Source of the DNA: a virus | Lineage: Duplodnaviria; Caudoviricetes | Length of the DNA: 52,429 bases | Virus record (IMG/VR): IMGVR_UViG_3300032296_002061 | Span: 1 to 52,429 of that record | Direction: 5' to 3' (one strand) | In this document: positions 8,437-15,713 of the stretch, one piece after another | How the letters are laid out: every line of letters starts with the position of its first letter | How positions within the stretch are numbered: the first letter of the stretch is position 1 | Notes under the pieces: generated by a model | The model's database searches: none | Seen by the model: only the letters and a program-made list of their open reading frames with translations | What the model was told of the DNA's origin: nothing | Made by a program: the position numbers and the translations under genes

Positions 8437-9572
8437 TTCAACACCTCGTTGATTCGGCTTCCGATCCAGCGAACCACCGGCACGGCCCAGCTATTGCCGA
8501 GCGCCTTGTATCGCGGCCCGTCGGGACAGTCGTTGGCCGGTCGACCGCGCCACGGGATCGCGGTGTAGTCGTCTGGAAACCCTTGCAGGCGCTCGCACTC
8601 GCGAGGCGTGAGGCGGCGCACTTGCATCGCTGTAGCCACACCTTGCGTCGCGTGAGTGTCTACGGTGTACGCAGTGCCTTCGGTGTTCCAGCCGCGACCG
8701 TTTTGGCATTTTTGCACGTCACGCACGTCTTGGATTGCGACGCACGGCGCAGCGTCGCCCATGTCGGACTGTCGGGCGTCGAAAGCGTGCGGTGTTAATC
8801 GGCCGGTGTAGGCATCTTGGCCATCGCCGGGGTGCGAGTCGGCGCAGAGGCTGCCAACAATGCCGTCTGTAACTCCTCCGGCAACGCCTTGCTGCGCTTC
8901 TCGGCGCGACGGAGTATCCCTTTGCAGGCACGATCCGATAAGAAGAAGCGTTGCGGGATCGGCCCGCTCTCCAAAACGTCGGACAGTCTCCTGAGCGACG
9001 GCAAGCACGAAGACTCGGCGCCGCCGCTGTGCGACGCCGAAGAACTGTGCGTCCAATGTGACCCACGCCACTCTCCGTCGTCTGCCATCGACCAGACCTG
9101 CACGCGGCCACCGACCGACTTCAATGGCTTCATCCTCTCCTGCCAACTGGCCGAGGAAGCAACCGAAAGCGTTGTCTTTTGTTGTTGTGATTCCTGGTAC
9201 GTTTTCCCAGACGATGATGGCGGGGTCGTCTCCCCGAGCAGATCGAACAGTGTCAATTGCATCGGCAAGCTCGCAAAAGGTGAGTGAAAGGTTGCCGCGG
9301 GCGTCGTCCAGCGACCGCCGCAGGCCGGCCACGCTGAATGCTTGGCACGGTGTACCGCCGCACAGCAGATCGGGTGCCTCGACCTCGCCGGCCAATATGC
9401 GCCCAGGCAGCGTCACCATATTCCCAAGATTGGGCACGGTCGGGTAGTGATGCGCCAGCACCGCGCAAGGGAATGGCTCGATCTCGCTGAACCATGCAGC
9501 TTCCCAGCCGAGTGGCTGCCATGCCACCGACGCTGCTTCAATACCGCTGCATACTGAGCCAAACCTCACCAT
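8433..9572 (-). CDS. DNA cytosine-C5 methyltransferase
   Basis: Motif I SVCSGI, IV GGTPCQAFS, VI WENVPG, VIII QRRRRVF, IX RRLTPRECERLQGFP, X YKALGNS. Confidence 0.95.
   Translation of the reverse strand: MVRFGSVCSGIEAASVAWQPLGWEAAWFSEIEPFPCAVLAHHYPTVPNLGNMVTLPGRILAGEVEAPDLLCGGTPCQAFSVAGLRRSLDDARGNLSLTFCELADAIDTVRSARGDDPAIIVWENVPGITTTKDNAFGCFLGQLAGEDEAIEVGRWPRAGLVDGRRRRVAWVTLDAQFFGVAQRRRRVFVLAVAQETVRRFGERADPATLLLIGSCLQRDTPSRREAQQGVAGGVTDGIVGSLCADSHPGDGQDAYTGRLTPHAFDARQSDMGDAAPCVAIQDVRDVQKCQNGRGWNTEGTAYTVDTHATQGVATAMQVRRLTPRECERLQGFPDDYTAIPWRGRPANDCPDGPRYKALGNSWAVPVVRWIGSRINEVLK
8795..9268 (-). CDS. Nested alternative-frame protein resembling the M.EcoHK31I beta polypeptide
   Basis: LSDVLE..IPQRFFLSDRACKGILRRAEKRSKALPEELQTAL, encoded inside the MTase gene in another frame. 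Confidence 0.6.
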   Translation of the reverse strand: MPMQLTLFDLLGETTPPSSSGKTYQESQQQKTTLSVASSASWQERMKPLKSVGGRVQVWSMADDGEWRGSHWTHSSSASHSGGAESSCLPSLRRLSDVLESGPIPQRFFLSDRACKGILRRAEKRSKALPEELQTALLAASAPTRTPAMAKMPTPAD

Positions 9573-9766
9573 GGCAGCACCTCGTAGCCTTTACCCTCGC
9601 ACTGCCGGCAAGGCAGGTACCCACTGCCGTCGCACCTGTCACAGGCAGCCATGAGTTGCAGGAGAGTCACACCATCGCTGTTACAGTTCTGGCACGTCAC
9701 CTGTCCGCCGCCGTTGCACCCTTGGCACGGCAGTTCGTCGTCCTCTTCCACATATTGCCAGCGCAT
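9566..9766 (-). CDS. DnaJ-type zinc-finger protein
   Basis: Four CxxCxGxG-type repeats. Confidence 0.75.
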   Translation of the reverse strand: MRWQYVEEDDELPCQGCNGGGQVTCQNCNSDGVTLLQLMAACDRCDGSGYLPCRQCEGKGYEVLPW

Positions 9767-10059
9767 CACGCTACTCCTACATGCAGCACAAGCTCGTCCA
9801 TGTTTGGAACGACTTGGATAGTCACCCACGTGGCGCGGGCGCGGCCTTCGTCATCGATTCGCATACGCCGCTCAAGGTGGGCAGCGGCCAACGCACGGCA
9901 CAGTTCCGGCGATGAGTCGAGTCCTTCGATGTCGGCGCGCTCTTCAAGTGCATCGGCCAGCAACTCGGCCAAGTCGGCGTCGCTTGCGATGACCTCGTTG
10001 ACCTGCTGCTCTACGATGCTCTCGTCAATCTGATTGATAAAACGGTCCATGTACTGCAT
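9766..10059 (-). CDS. Acidic hypothetical protein
   Basis: GGAGG RBS; D/E-rich. Confidence 0.6.
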   Translation of the reverse strand: MQYMDRFINQIDESIVEQQVNEVIASDADLAELLADALEERADIEGLDSSPELCRALAAAHLERRMRIDDEGRARATWVTIQVVPNMDELVLHVGVA

Positions 10060-10061
10060 GA

Positions 10062-10262
10062 CTAACCTCCAGGACGTGGCATAGGGTGGATGTGCGTGCC
10101 GGTGCCGACCTTCCAGCCGGCCGCACGCATACGCTGCCGCAGCTTGCGCACTGCGCCATCGCAGATGCCCAGCCGCTCGGCAATCTCGGTTGAGTTCTTG
10201 CCCGACTGGAACAGGAACTCGATATACTCTAACTCGTTTCGCTTGTACTGCTTACCTTTCAC
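10062..10262 (-). CDS. HTH protein
   Basis: GKNSTEIAERLGICDGAVRKLRQR. Confidence 0.7.
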   Translation of the reverse strand: MKGKQYKRNELEYIEFLFQSGKNSTEIAERLGICDGAVRKLRQRMRAAGWKVGTGTHIHPMPRPGG

Positions 10263-10600
10263 GTTGCCTCCTGTTTAACCTGCGGCCGGATGCCGCGCTT
10301 GTCTTGCCATCTATCGGCCAACTTGCGGGCCACCTTCTTGCGCGTCTCCAGTTCTAGCGCGTGTCGCGGATTGTCTACAGGCTCACGGTACGCCGGTGCT
10401 TCCGGGTGCTCAGCCAGCCATTCGGACAGGCGATTGGCCACGCCCTTCCAGCTCAGCCACGCAAGGTGCGTGACGTATACACCGGCTGTATGCCTAGCCG
10501 CTGAGTCCGTTTCCGCCCAGCAGCGGGCCTGCACAAGTACTGGGTCTTCAATCGTGTACACCAGCGAAGCCAGCGTTCGAATAGCGTTGCGTCCTGCCAT
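10259..10600 (-). CDS. Hypothetical protein
   Basis: AGAGGA RBS; fits the operon. Confidence 0.55.
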   Translation of the reverse strand: MAGRNAIRTLASLVYTIEDPVLVQARCWAETDSAARHTAGVYVTHLAWLSWKGVANRLSEWLAEHPEAPAYREPVDNPRHALELETRKKVARKLADRWQDKRGIRPQVKQEAT

Positions 10601-10825
10601 GATACAATCCTCTTTGTAAACGGGTGTGGGTAGATGGCTCGGCCGGCCCGGTGCTCCAGCAGGACTGGCGTTGCAGGCTCGGCCTCAGGGTGACAGTAGA
10701 GCACTACCAGCCCACGCCTGATGGTGGTGCCGGGTAGCGCGTGCTGCACCAGGTTGCACGCACTGGCAGCGCCGATGCCGTGGGCGATGCGCTTGCCGGC
10801 GGGGTCGAAGACTGAGTAGGTCATG

Positions 10826-11416
10826 TCACCCCCACTGCTCGGCCATCGCTTGGGCGATGCCTGCGTAAGTCTTGCTGCGAACCTGCCAGCGGTCAGCCGC
10901 AGGCCCCAGCTTGTTCTGTCCTGAGTCGGTTTGGTTCGCCCACCGTGGGCGACCATTGACCATGCGCGGCTGCACGTAGTCGGCAGGGTTCAGCACCAGC
11001 GGCGCCAACTCCTTCAGCCACAGGCACGTGCGCTTCGATGCGTCGTGGCCAAACTGATACGGCTGCACCGTCTGGTCTGGCTTGCGGATGCGCGTACTGA
11101 TGACGCTGACCGGGTTCTCGATGCAGATACGTGGCACGGGTGCGTTCATGAGCAAGCGCACCAGGTCTAGCGCACTCTCGGTCAACTGCGGGTCGCGCAG
11201 TCCGCGCCGTGTCCAGTGCATACCTGATACAGACAGGTAGGTGCAGGGCGGGTGCGCCACCAGCAAGTCCCAGCCAAGGTGCAGGAACTCGCGCACGTCT
11301 CCGCACAGGTGCTGCCCCTCGGCAGGCAACAGGTCGCATGACCACGCATCGTGGCCACGTGCAGCGAACGCATCGCGCACGGTGCCGCTAGACTCGCAAG
11401 CGACTAGAACCCTCAT
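10826..11416 (-). CDS. Short phage-type C5 cytosine methyltransferase-like protein
   Basis: VLVACESSG, AHPPCTYL (PC), IENPVS (EN), QPYQFGH..KRTCLWL, RSKTYAGIAQAMAEQWG. Confidence 0.85.
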   Translation of the reverse strand: MRVLVACESSGTVRDAFAARGHDAWSCDLLPAEGQHLCGDVREFLHLGWDLLVAHPPCTYLSVSGMHWTRRGLRDPQLTESALDLVRLLMNAPVPRICIENPVSVISTRIRKPDQTVQPYQFGHDASKRTCLWLKELAPLVLNPADYVQPRMVNGRPRWANQTDSGQNKLGPAADRWQVRSKTYAGIAQAMAEQWG

Positions 11417-11620
11417 CGTATACCTCCACGCGCACAGCCCGTGCGCTATCTGTTTCGTCGCACACCTCACCCACTGCTAGCGCCGTCTGGCCAGTGGCTG
11501 AGTAGCCAAGTCCCGGCAAAATGCGCCAGCGCACTGGCTTGCCACGATGCCAGCCGCCTACCACCTCGCCGATGGCAGGCAGGCCAGCACCGCAGTCCGT
11601 CAGCCGCAGGCGTTGCAGCT

Positions 11621-11875
11621 TCATCGCCCACACTCGATGGCCCACTCGCGCTTGATAAGCCGCGACAGGTCATCCAAGTCCATAGCCCACCAGTAGCCAC
11701 CATCGCTGCCCACCACGCGCCTGCCCAGCAGGCCAGGACTCAGCAGCAGCGGGTGGTCGTCCACTCGCACGTGCCCACCGCACACGGGCAGCCAGTAGCG
11801 GCGCAGGAACGGCTCGCCGGTCACAGGGTCCACGCCCTTGTGCTCGATTGTCTGCGGTGCGTTACGCCGGAACAT
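11621..11875 (-). CDS. Hypothetical protein
   Basis: GGAGGT RBS. Confidence 0.5.
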   Translation of the reverse strand: MFRRNAPQTIEHKGVDPVTGEPFLRRYWLPVCGGHVRVDDHPLLLSPGLLGRRVVGSDGGYWWAMDLDDLSRLIKREWAIECGR

Positions 11876-12101
11876 CGGGCACCTCCACAAACACAACCCA
11901 GTCCAGCTTCGTGTCATCGTCGAAACCGTAGAACTCCAGTTCGTTGTCGACCTCACGCTCGCCGTAAGGCTCACCTCGACGGCGCTTGCACTCACGCGCC
12001 CACATGCGCAGGTTGCTGATGTTCTCCTCGGTCGCTGCGCAGGTAGTGCCCACGCGCAGACACGTGCTCTGCTCCACTGCCGTCAATGCATCTCGGTACA
12101 T
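11862..12101 (-). CDS. Hypothetical protein
   Basis: GGAGGT RBS. Confidence 0.55.
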   Translation of the reverse strand: MYRDALTAVEQSTCLRVGTTCAATEENISNLRMWARECKRRRGEPYGEREVDNELEFYGFDDDTKLDWVVFVEVPDVPA

Positions 12102-12102
12102 C

Positions 12103-12309
12103 TCACACCTCCATCACCAAGTCGATGAGGCACCCCAACTCCTCCACGGTGAGTTGGTTGCGCGTGAACCGTCCATGGAACTCGCGCACGCCGGCCATTT
12201 GAAGGTCTGCCGGCTCTTGAGAGCCTTGGTATTCGCGCAGCCACGCACCGAAGTACGCACGGCAGTACTCGTCTAAGTCCTCAGTAACGCCAAGTCGTTG
12301 CCCAAACAT
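12103..12309 (-). CDS. Hypothetical protein
   Basis: GGAGGT RBS. Confidence 0.55.
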   Translation of the reverse strand: MFGQRLGVTEDLDEYCRAYFGAWLREYQGSQEPADLQMAGVREFHGRFTRNQLTVEELGCLIDLVMEV

Positions 12310-12365
12310 TGCACACCTCCACGCGGGCACCCCGCCCGCACCGTATCACTGTGGCGTCCGCTGCG

Positions 12366-12572
12366 TCAATACATACACTCGATGTCCAGCAGCTGGGTGC
12401 CATTCGGCGCGTACACCCGCACGCGCTTGCACTTGTGTTGCACCCCGGTCAGCGCGTTGGCCTGCGTCTCGATACGCGCTCGGCCCTCCGGCGTCTGCCA
12501 CGCCTCCAGGTCGGCGGCGTCAAGCCACACGGTTGCGACCTTGGGCTTCGTCGTTGTCTTGCTGATTCGCAT
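12366..12572 (-). CDS. Hypothetical protein
   Basis: GGAGG RBS before MRISK. Confidence 0.55.
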   Translation of the reverse strand: MRISKTTTKPKVATVWLDAADLEAWQTPEGRARIETQANALTGVQHKCKRVRVYAPNGTQLLDIECMY

Positions 12573-12641
12573 GTCATCCTCCCAAGTTGCTGAGCCAAGC
12601 CAGTCCAAGGAACAGGAACAGGAACGCTAGCGGTAACACCA

Positions 12642-12788
12642 TCACGGCCCCCAATAGCGATACAGGTCTGCCTCGGTTTCCAACTCTTGCGCCAGCGAGT
12701 CCGCCTCCATGCGGTCGAGCCACGCCTGAGTGTACGCCTCCTCTAGCGCGGCCAGGTCGGCCTCGGTCATGTCGTCGCTGTACTTCAC
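12642..12788 (-). CDS. Very acidic 48-aa protein (not in the ORF track)
   Basis: GGAGGTGAG RBS, GTG start; MKYSDDMTEADLAALEEAYTQAWLDRMEADSLAQELETEADLYRYWGP. Confidence 0.6.
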   Translation of the reverse strand: MKYSDDMTEADLAALEEAYTQAWLDRMEADSLAQELETEADLYRYWGP

Positions 12789-12883
12789 TGCTCACCTCCG
12801 CGCAGGCACACGGCCTGCAATCTGCCGACCCTAGTGTCAGCGTGCCAACCTACCAACCGTAGCTGATAGGCTGGACCACTACG

Positions 12884-13126
12884 CTAGGCCAACCGGCTGG
12901 CCATCGCCCGCAACCGCTCCACCGACAGGTCGTCCGGCTTCCTTGCGCCATCGGGCAGCACGCCGTCAACCTGCACGGTCGCCAAGTACCAGCGCACCGC
13001 AGACACATGTGTCGACGCCCACTTGAGTTCCCGCAACAGCACGTCGACCTGATACAGCGTCAACAACTCCTTGCAGTCGCCAACTTCCAGCACCACCAAC
13101 TGACCCTTCGTACTCACGTCCACCAT
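12884..13126 (-). CDS. Hypothetical protein
   Basis: GGAGGT RBS. Confidence 0.55.
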   Translation of the reverse strand: MVDVSTKGQLVVLEVGDCKELLTLYQVDVLLRELKWASTHVSAVRWYLATVQVDGVLPDGARKPDDLSVERLRAMASRLA

Positions 13127-13162
13127 CGCACACCTCCGCGCGCCACGTGGGCGCATAAAGTA

Positions 13163-13975
13163 TCAACGCACGCTCAACTTCAACCGCTTCGCTGCGTGCT
13201 GGCCAGCGGTATCGTGCCGCCAGATAACGACCGACCGTCGGTCTTGCTCGTTGCCGACACTGCCGCACGCAAGACAGTCGCCGCACGTGGTCACGTGGCC
13301 GCGCTCGAAACTAGCGGGGCAAGCGAACTCAGCGCCAGCACGGGGCCGCGCACCGGGCTCGGCAACCCGGAAAGACCGCCATCCTTCAGGCGTGCACGCC
13401 TCGCCGTCAATCGAAGCCACGTGCGTAGCGCGAAGGTGTGGCACGCCGGCCAAGTCTGCGTGAGTGTAGCCAAGCACGGGCAAGCCGGCGTCGTCGCACG
13501 CGCGTTCGATTGTCTGCCATACGTCGACAGGCAGCGCGCCGGCATCGCCCCACACTGCCGACCGAAAGGCGCGCGCACCCTCACGCTTGCGAGCGTGGCG
13601 CATAAAGGCGGCAAGTTCGGCGCCATCCTCCACGGGCAAGTCGGCGGTGCGTGTCAGCCATTGCAGGCCCATACCAACTTGCGAGCCGTTGCCGACATAG
13701 CATGAGCCGTTGCCGCCCGACGCTTTCGATCGGTGCGGGCAGTTGCCGCACACAATCGAGTCGCAGCCGGTCTTGCGCGCGGTCCAATAATCAACGACCT
13801 TCCCGCGCACCACTGGCGCGACCGTCAAGCCGACCACGTGGCCGACCTTGTCGTTGCCGTGCACGCGCACGAAAGCGGCAACGTCGCCCCTGTACTCACT
13901 GCCAGCACGCGCCGGGCCACGGTATACGCACACCGTGCCGGCTGCTACCTTGGAACGAACTTCAATCGAAAGCAT
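13163..13975 (-). CDS. Cys-rich conserved phage protein, possibly Fe-S / radical-SAM-like
   Basis: CDSIVCGNCPHR...CYV, R..VWGD, GYTH, ASID, CPAS...TCGDCLAC. Confidence 0.6.
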   Translation of the reverse strand: MLSIEVRSKVAAGTVCVYRGPARAGSEYRGDVAAFVRVHGNDKVGHVVGLTVAPVVRGKVVDYWTARKTGCDSIVCGNCPHRSKASGGNGSCYVGNGSQVGMGLQWLTRTADLPVEDGAELAAFMRHARKREGARAFRSAVWGDAGALPVDVWQTIERACDDAGLPVLGYTHADLAGVPHLRATHVASIDGEACTPEGWRSFRVAEPGARPRAGAEFACPASFERGHVTTCGDCLACGSVGNEQDRRSVVIWRHDTAGQHAAKRLKLSVR

Positions 13976-14008
13976 AGGCTACTCCACGCAGGCACACAGC
14001 CCGCTTTC

Positions 14009-14075
14009 GCTACCGTTCGCCGTGCCACCGTGGCACGCCCACCCTGCACCACGCGGAGGCGGTAGCTTGCAGGGC
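14009..14075 (-). ncRNA. HDV-like self-cleaving ribozyme
   Basis: GCCCUGC-AA-GCUACC-GCC-UCCGCGU-GGU-GCAGGGU-GG-G-CGUGCCA-CGG-UGGCACG-GCGAAC-GGUAGC contains P1 with the G1-U wobble, P2, P3, L3 UCC..G, P1.1, P4 and J4/2 with the catalytic C. Confidence 0.88.
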
Positions 14076-14097
14076 ACCGGCCGCAGCCGGGAAAGAG

Positions 14098-14247
14098 TCA
14101 GCACCCGCTCACAGCCAAGCACAACAGGCACACCGCCAGGACGCCGACCACCACGGCCAGCAGGTTCAGCGCGTCCGCACGGTCAGCCGCCGCACGCTCC
14201 ATATCCAGCCGCCTGCACGTCAGGCACCGCTTACAATCGTGCTTCAT
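14098..14247 (-). CDS. Small membrane protein (49 aa, not in the ORF track)
   Basis: GAGGTG RBS; MKHDCKRCLTC...LLAVVVGVLAVCLLCLAVSGC. Confidence 0.5.
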   Translation of the reverse strand: MKHDCKRCLTCRRLDMERAAADRADALNLLAVVVGVLAVCLLCLAVSGC

Positions 14248-14447
14248 TGCTTCACCTCATCGTCGAGTTGGGTTCGCCAGTGAACCAGCGCGGAGGCTAG
14301 CTCGTACAGACACGGCACGCCGGCAGGGTATGCGCGGGTCAGTGCGTCCGATGTAGCATCGTCGCACGATAGCCACGCATCCGACAGTTCGCAGGCAGTG
14401 TCGGCCAGTTGGCGGACTAGTGCCCGCATCCGTTCGCGCTCGTTCAT
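14244..14447 (-). CDS. Hypothetical early protein
   Basis: GGAGGT RBS before MNERER. Confidence 0.55.
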   Translation of the reverse strand: MNERERMRALVRQLADTACELSDAWLSCDDATSDALTRAYPAGVPCLYELASALVHWRTQLDDEVKQ

Positions 14448-14448
14448 C

Positions 14449-14652
14449 TCACACCTCCTCGCAGGCCAGCGCCTGCTCATCAAGCCACGTCTTGCGCTCA
14501 CGCTCCGCCACGGAAAGCCAACCCTCGGCCCACGCCGTGGCATGGTCAAAGAGTGTGCCGTAAGTTGCGTCAGGCCACTCGCCCCGCAGGGTGTCCAACC
14601 GCTCCTCGCGCAACGTCGCCAGCGTGGGCAACTCTTCCGCAGGGTCGCACAC
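14449..14652 (-). CDS. Hypothetical early protein (first ORF of the early arm)
   Basis: GTG start, GGAG upstream, acidic. Confidence 0.5.
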   Translation of the reverse strand: MCDPAEELPTLATLREERLDTLRGEWPDATYGTLFDHATAWAEGWLSVAERERKTWLDEQALACEEV

Positions 14653-14717
14653 GTGGTGCGCGCTCCACCGGCCATCGTGGTAGCTGTCTCACCTTCCCCG
14701 CAGGCATCCTGCCCGCT

Positions 14718-14787
14718 TGGCTTGACGGCGCCGGATTCGAACCGGCAAGCGCGAACCGGAGTCCGCGCCGCACCTTGCAACCGCCAA
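14718..14787 (-). ncRNA. tRNA-like element (non-canonical, CCA-ending)
   Basis: T-arm GCCGG-UUCGAAU-CCGGC; acceptor UUGGCGG/CCGUCAA followed by G-CCA; reduced D-arm; no 7-nt anticodon loop. Confidence 0.55.
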
Positions 14788-14930
14788 GAATGTCACCATC
14801 GCGCCCCTGCGCCGTCTCGATTCGGTCATCGTCGCTACCGCTAGTCCGATGCATGACTTCGAACGCAACTTCGAAGTGTGCAGCCTGTAGCGTCTCGCAC
14901 GGTATGCCGGCAGACGGGATAGAGCGCCGA

Positions 14931-14944
14931 GTTGTCAGAGAGCG
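14931..14944 (-). promoter_or_regulatory. boxA-like antitermination site
   Basis: CGCTCTCTGACAAC versus the boxA consensus GCTCTTTAACAA, about 30 nt after the predicted TSS. Confidence 0.45.
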
Positions 14945-14978
14945 CCGGGGCAGTGCGCAACCGCCATCCGTGAAACCC

Positions 14979-15007
14979 ACTATGCAGCGCCCCGCCGGGG
15001 GTGTCAA
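14979..15007 (-). promoter_or_regulatory. Sigma70-type early leftward promoter
   Basis: TTGACA-17 bp-CATAGT at the head of the leftward arm. Confidence 0.7.
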
Positions 15008-15040
15008 CTGCCGCGCCAAGTATGCCCCGAGCCTGCCCCG

Positions 15041-15163
15041 TAAGTGTGCGGAAACACTAGGACGGGCATGTGATCACAGGTAGGGGGCAAGGCAAAGGGT
15101 GGTCTGGAAGTGTGCGGAATCAGTAGGGAAAAAAACGCAAAAACGCTAAGTGTGCGAAATCAC
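15041..15163. repeat. Three direct repeats AAGTGTGCG(G/A)AA, candidate operators
   Basis: Copies at 15042, 15108 and 15148, upstream of the early promoter. Confidence 0.6.
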
Positions 15164-15713
15164 GTAGCAGGGGCAGGAAAGGGGAGCGATGCGGGCGGGG
15201 CGGAGTGACATGGAGACGGGCGCAGGTGGCAGGGTGGTGGCAGCCAAGTAAACCTAGTGCGGGGGTAGGGATATAGGGAAAGTTGACCGATCGGTCAGGT
15301 CACACCTCTGCCCTAGGCGTCGCTCAGAAGGTGAACGCAGGTTCAGCGGCTGAACTTTGGTTCAGTTTCTGAAGGTCGCCGGCTGAAGCCAATCCAGTTC
15401 AGCTAGCTTCAAGTCTTACCGCCACCGTCCCGCGCCGGTAAGCCGGCTTCAATGGACGGCAAGCGAGACGCGAAGCTAGCGGCAGGCTTGCGTTGTGCTT
15501 GGCTTGTGCTTGGCTTGTGCTCACGATGGCGCGTGCGCGAATAAGCGGAACGTGCAGGCCCGCGCTTGTACGTACGCTGTGCCCAGGCGCGCACACCCCC
15601 ACGTTTGTGTGCAGCGCACCTGCACGTCGCGTTCAATTTGCCCATCACCCCCTCTGAGCAAATCGCCTTTCACCATACCCACCCCTTCTGCCACCGCCGG
15701 AGTCCCAAGTTCT

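Noticed and set aside
14718-14787. Canonical tRNA gene call
   Set aside because: No 7-nt anticodon loop, a vestigial D-arm and no variable loop; kept only as tRNA-like
15160-15280. G-rich tract as a G-quadruplex
   Set aside because: The G-runs are irregular and unremarkable at this GC content; it cannot be supported by eye
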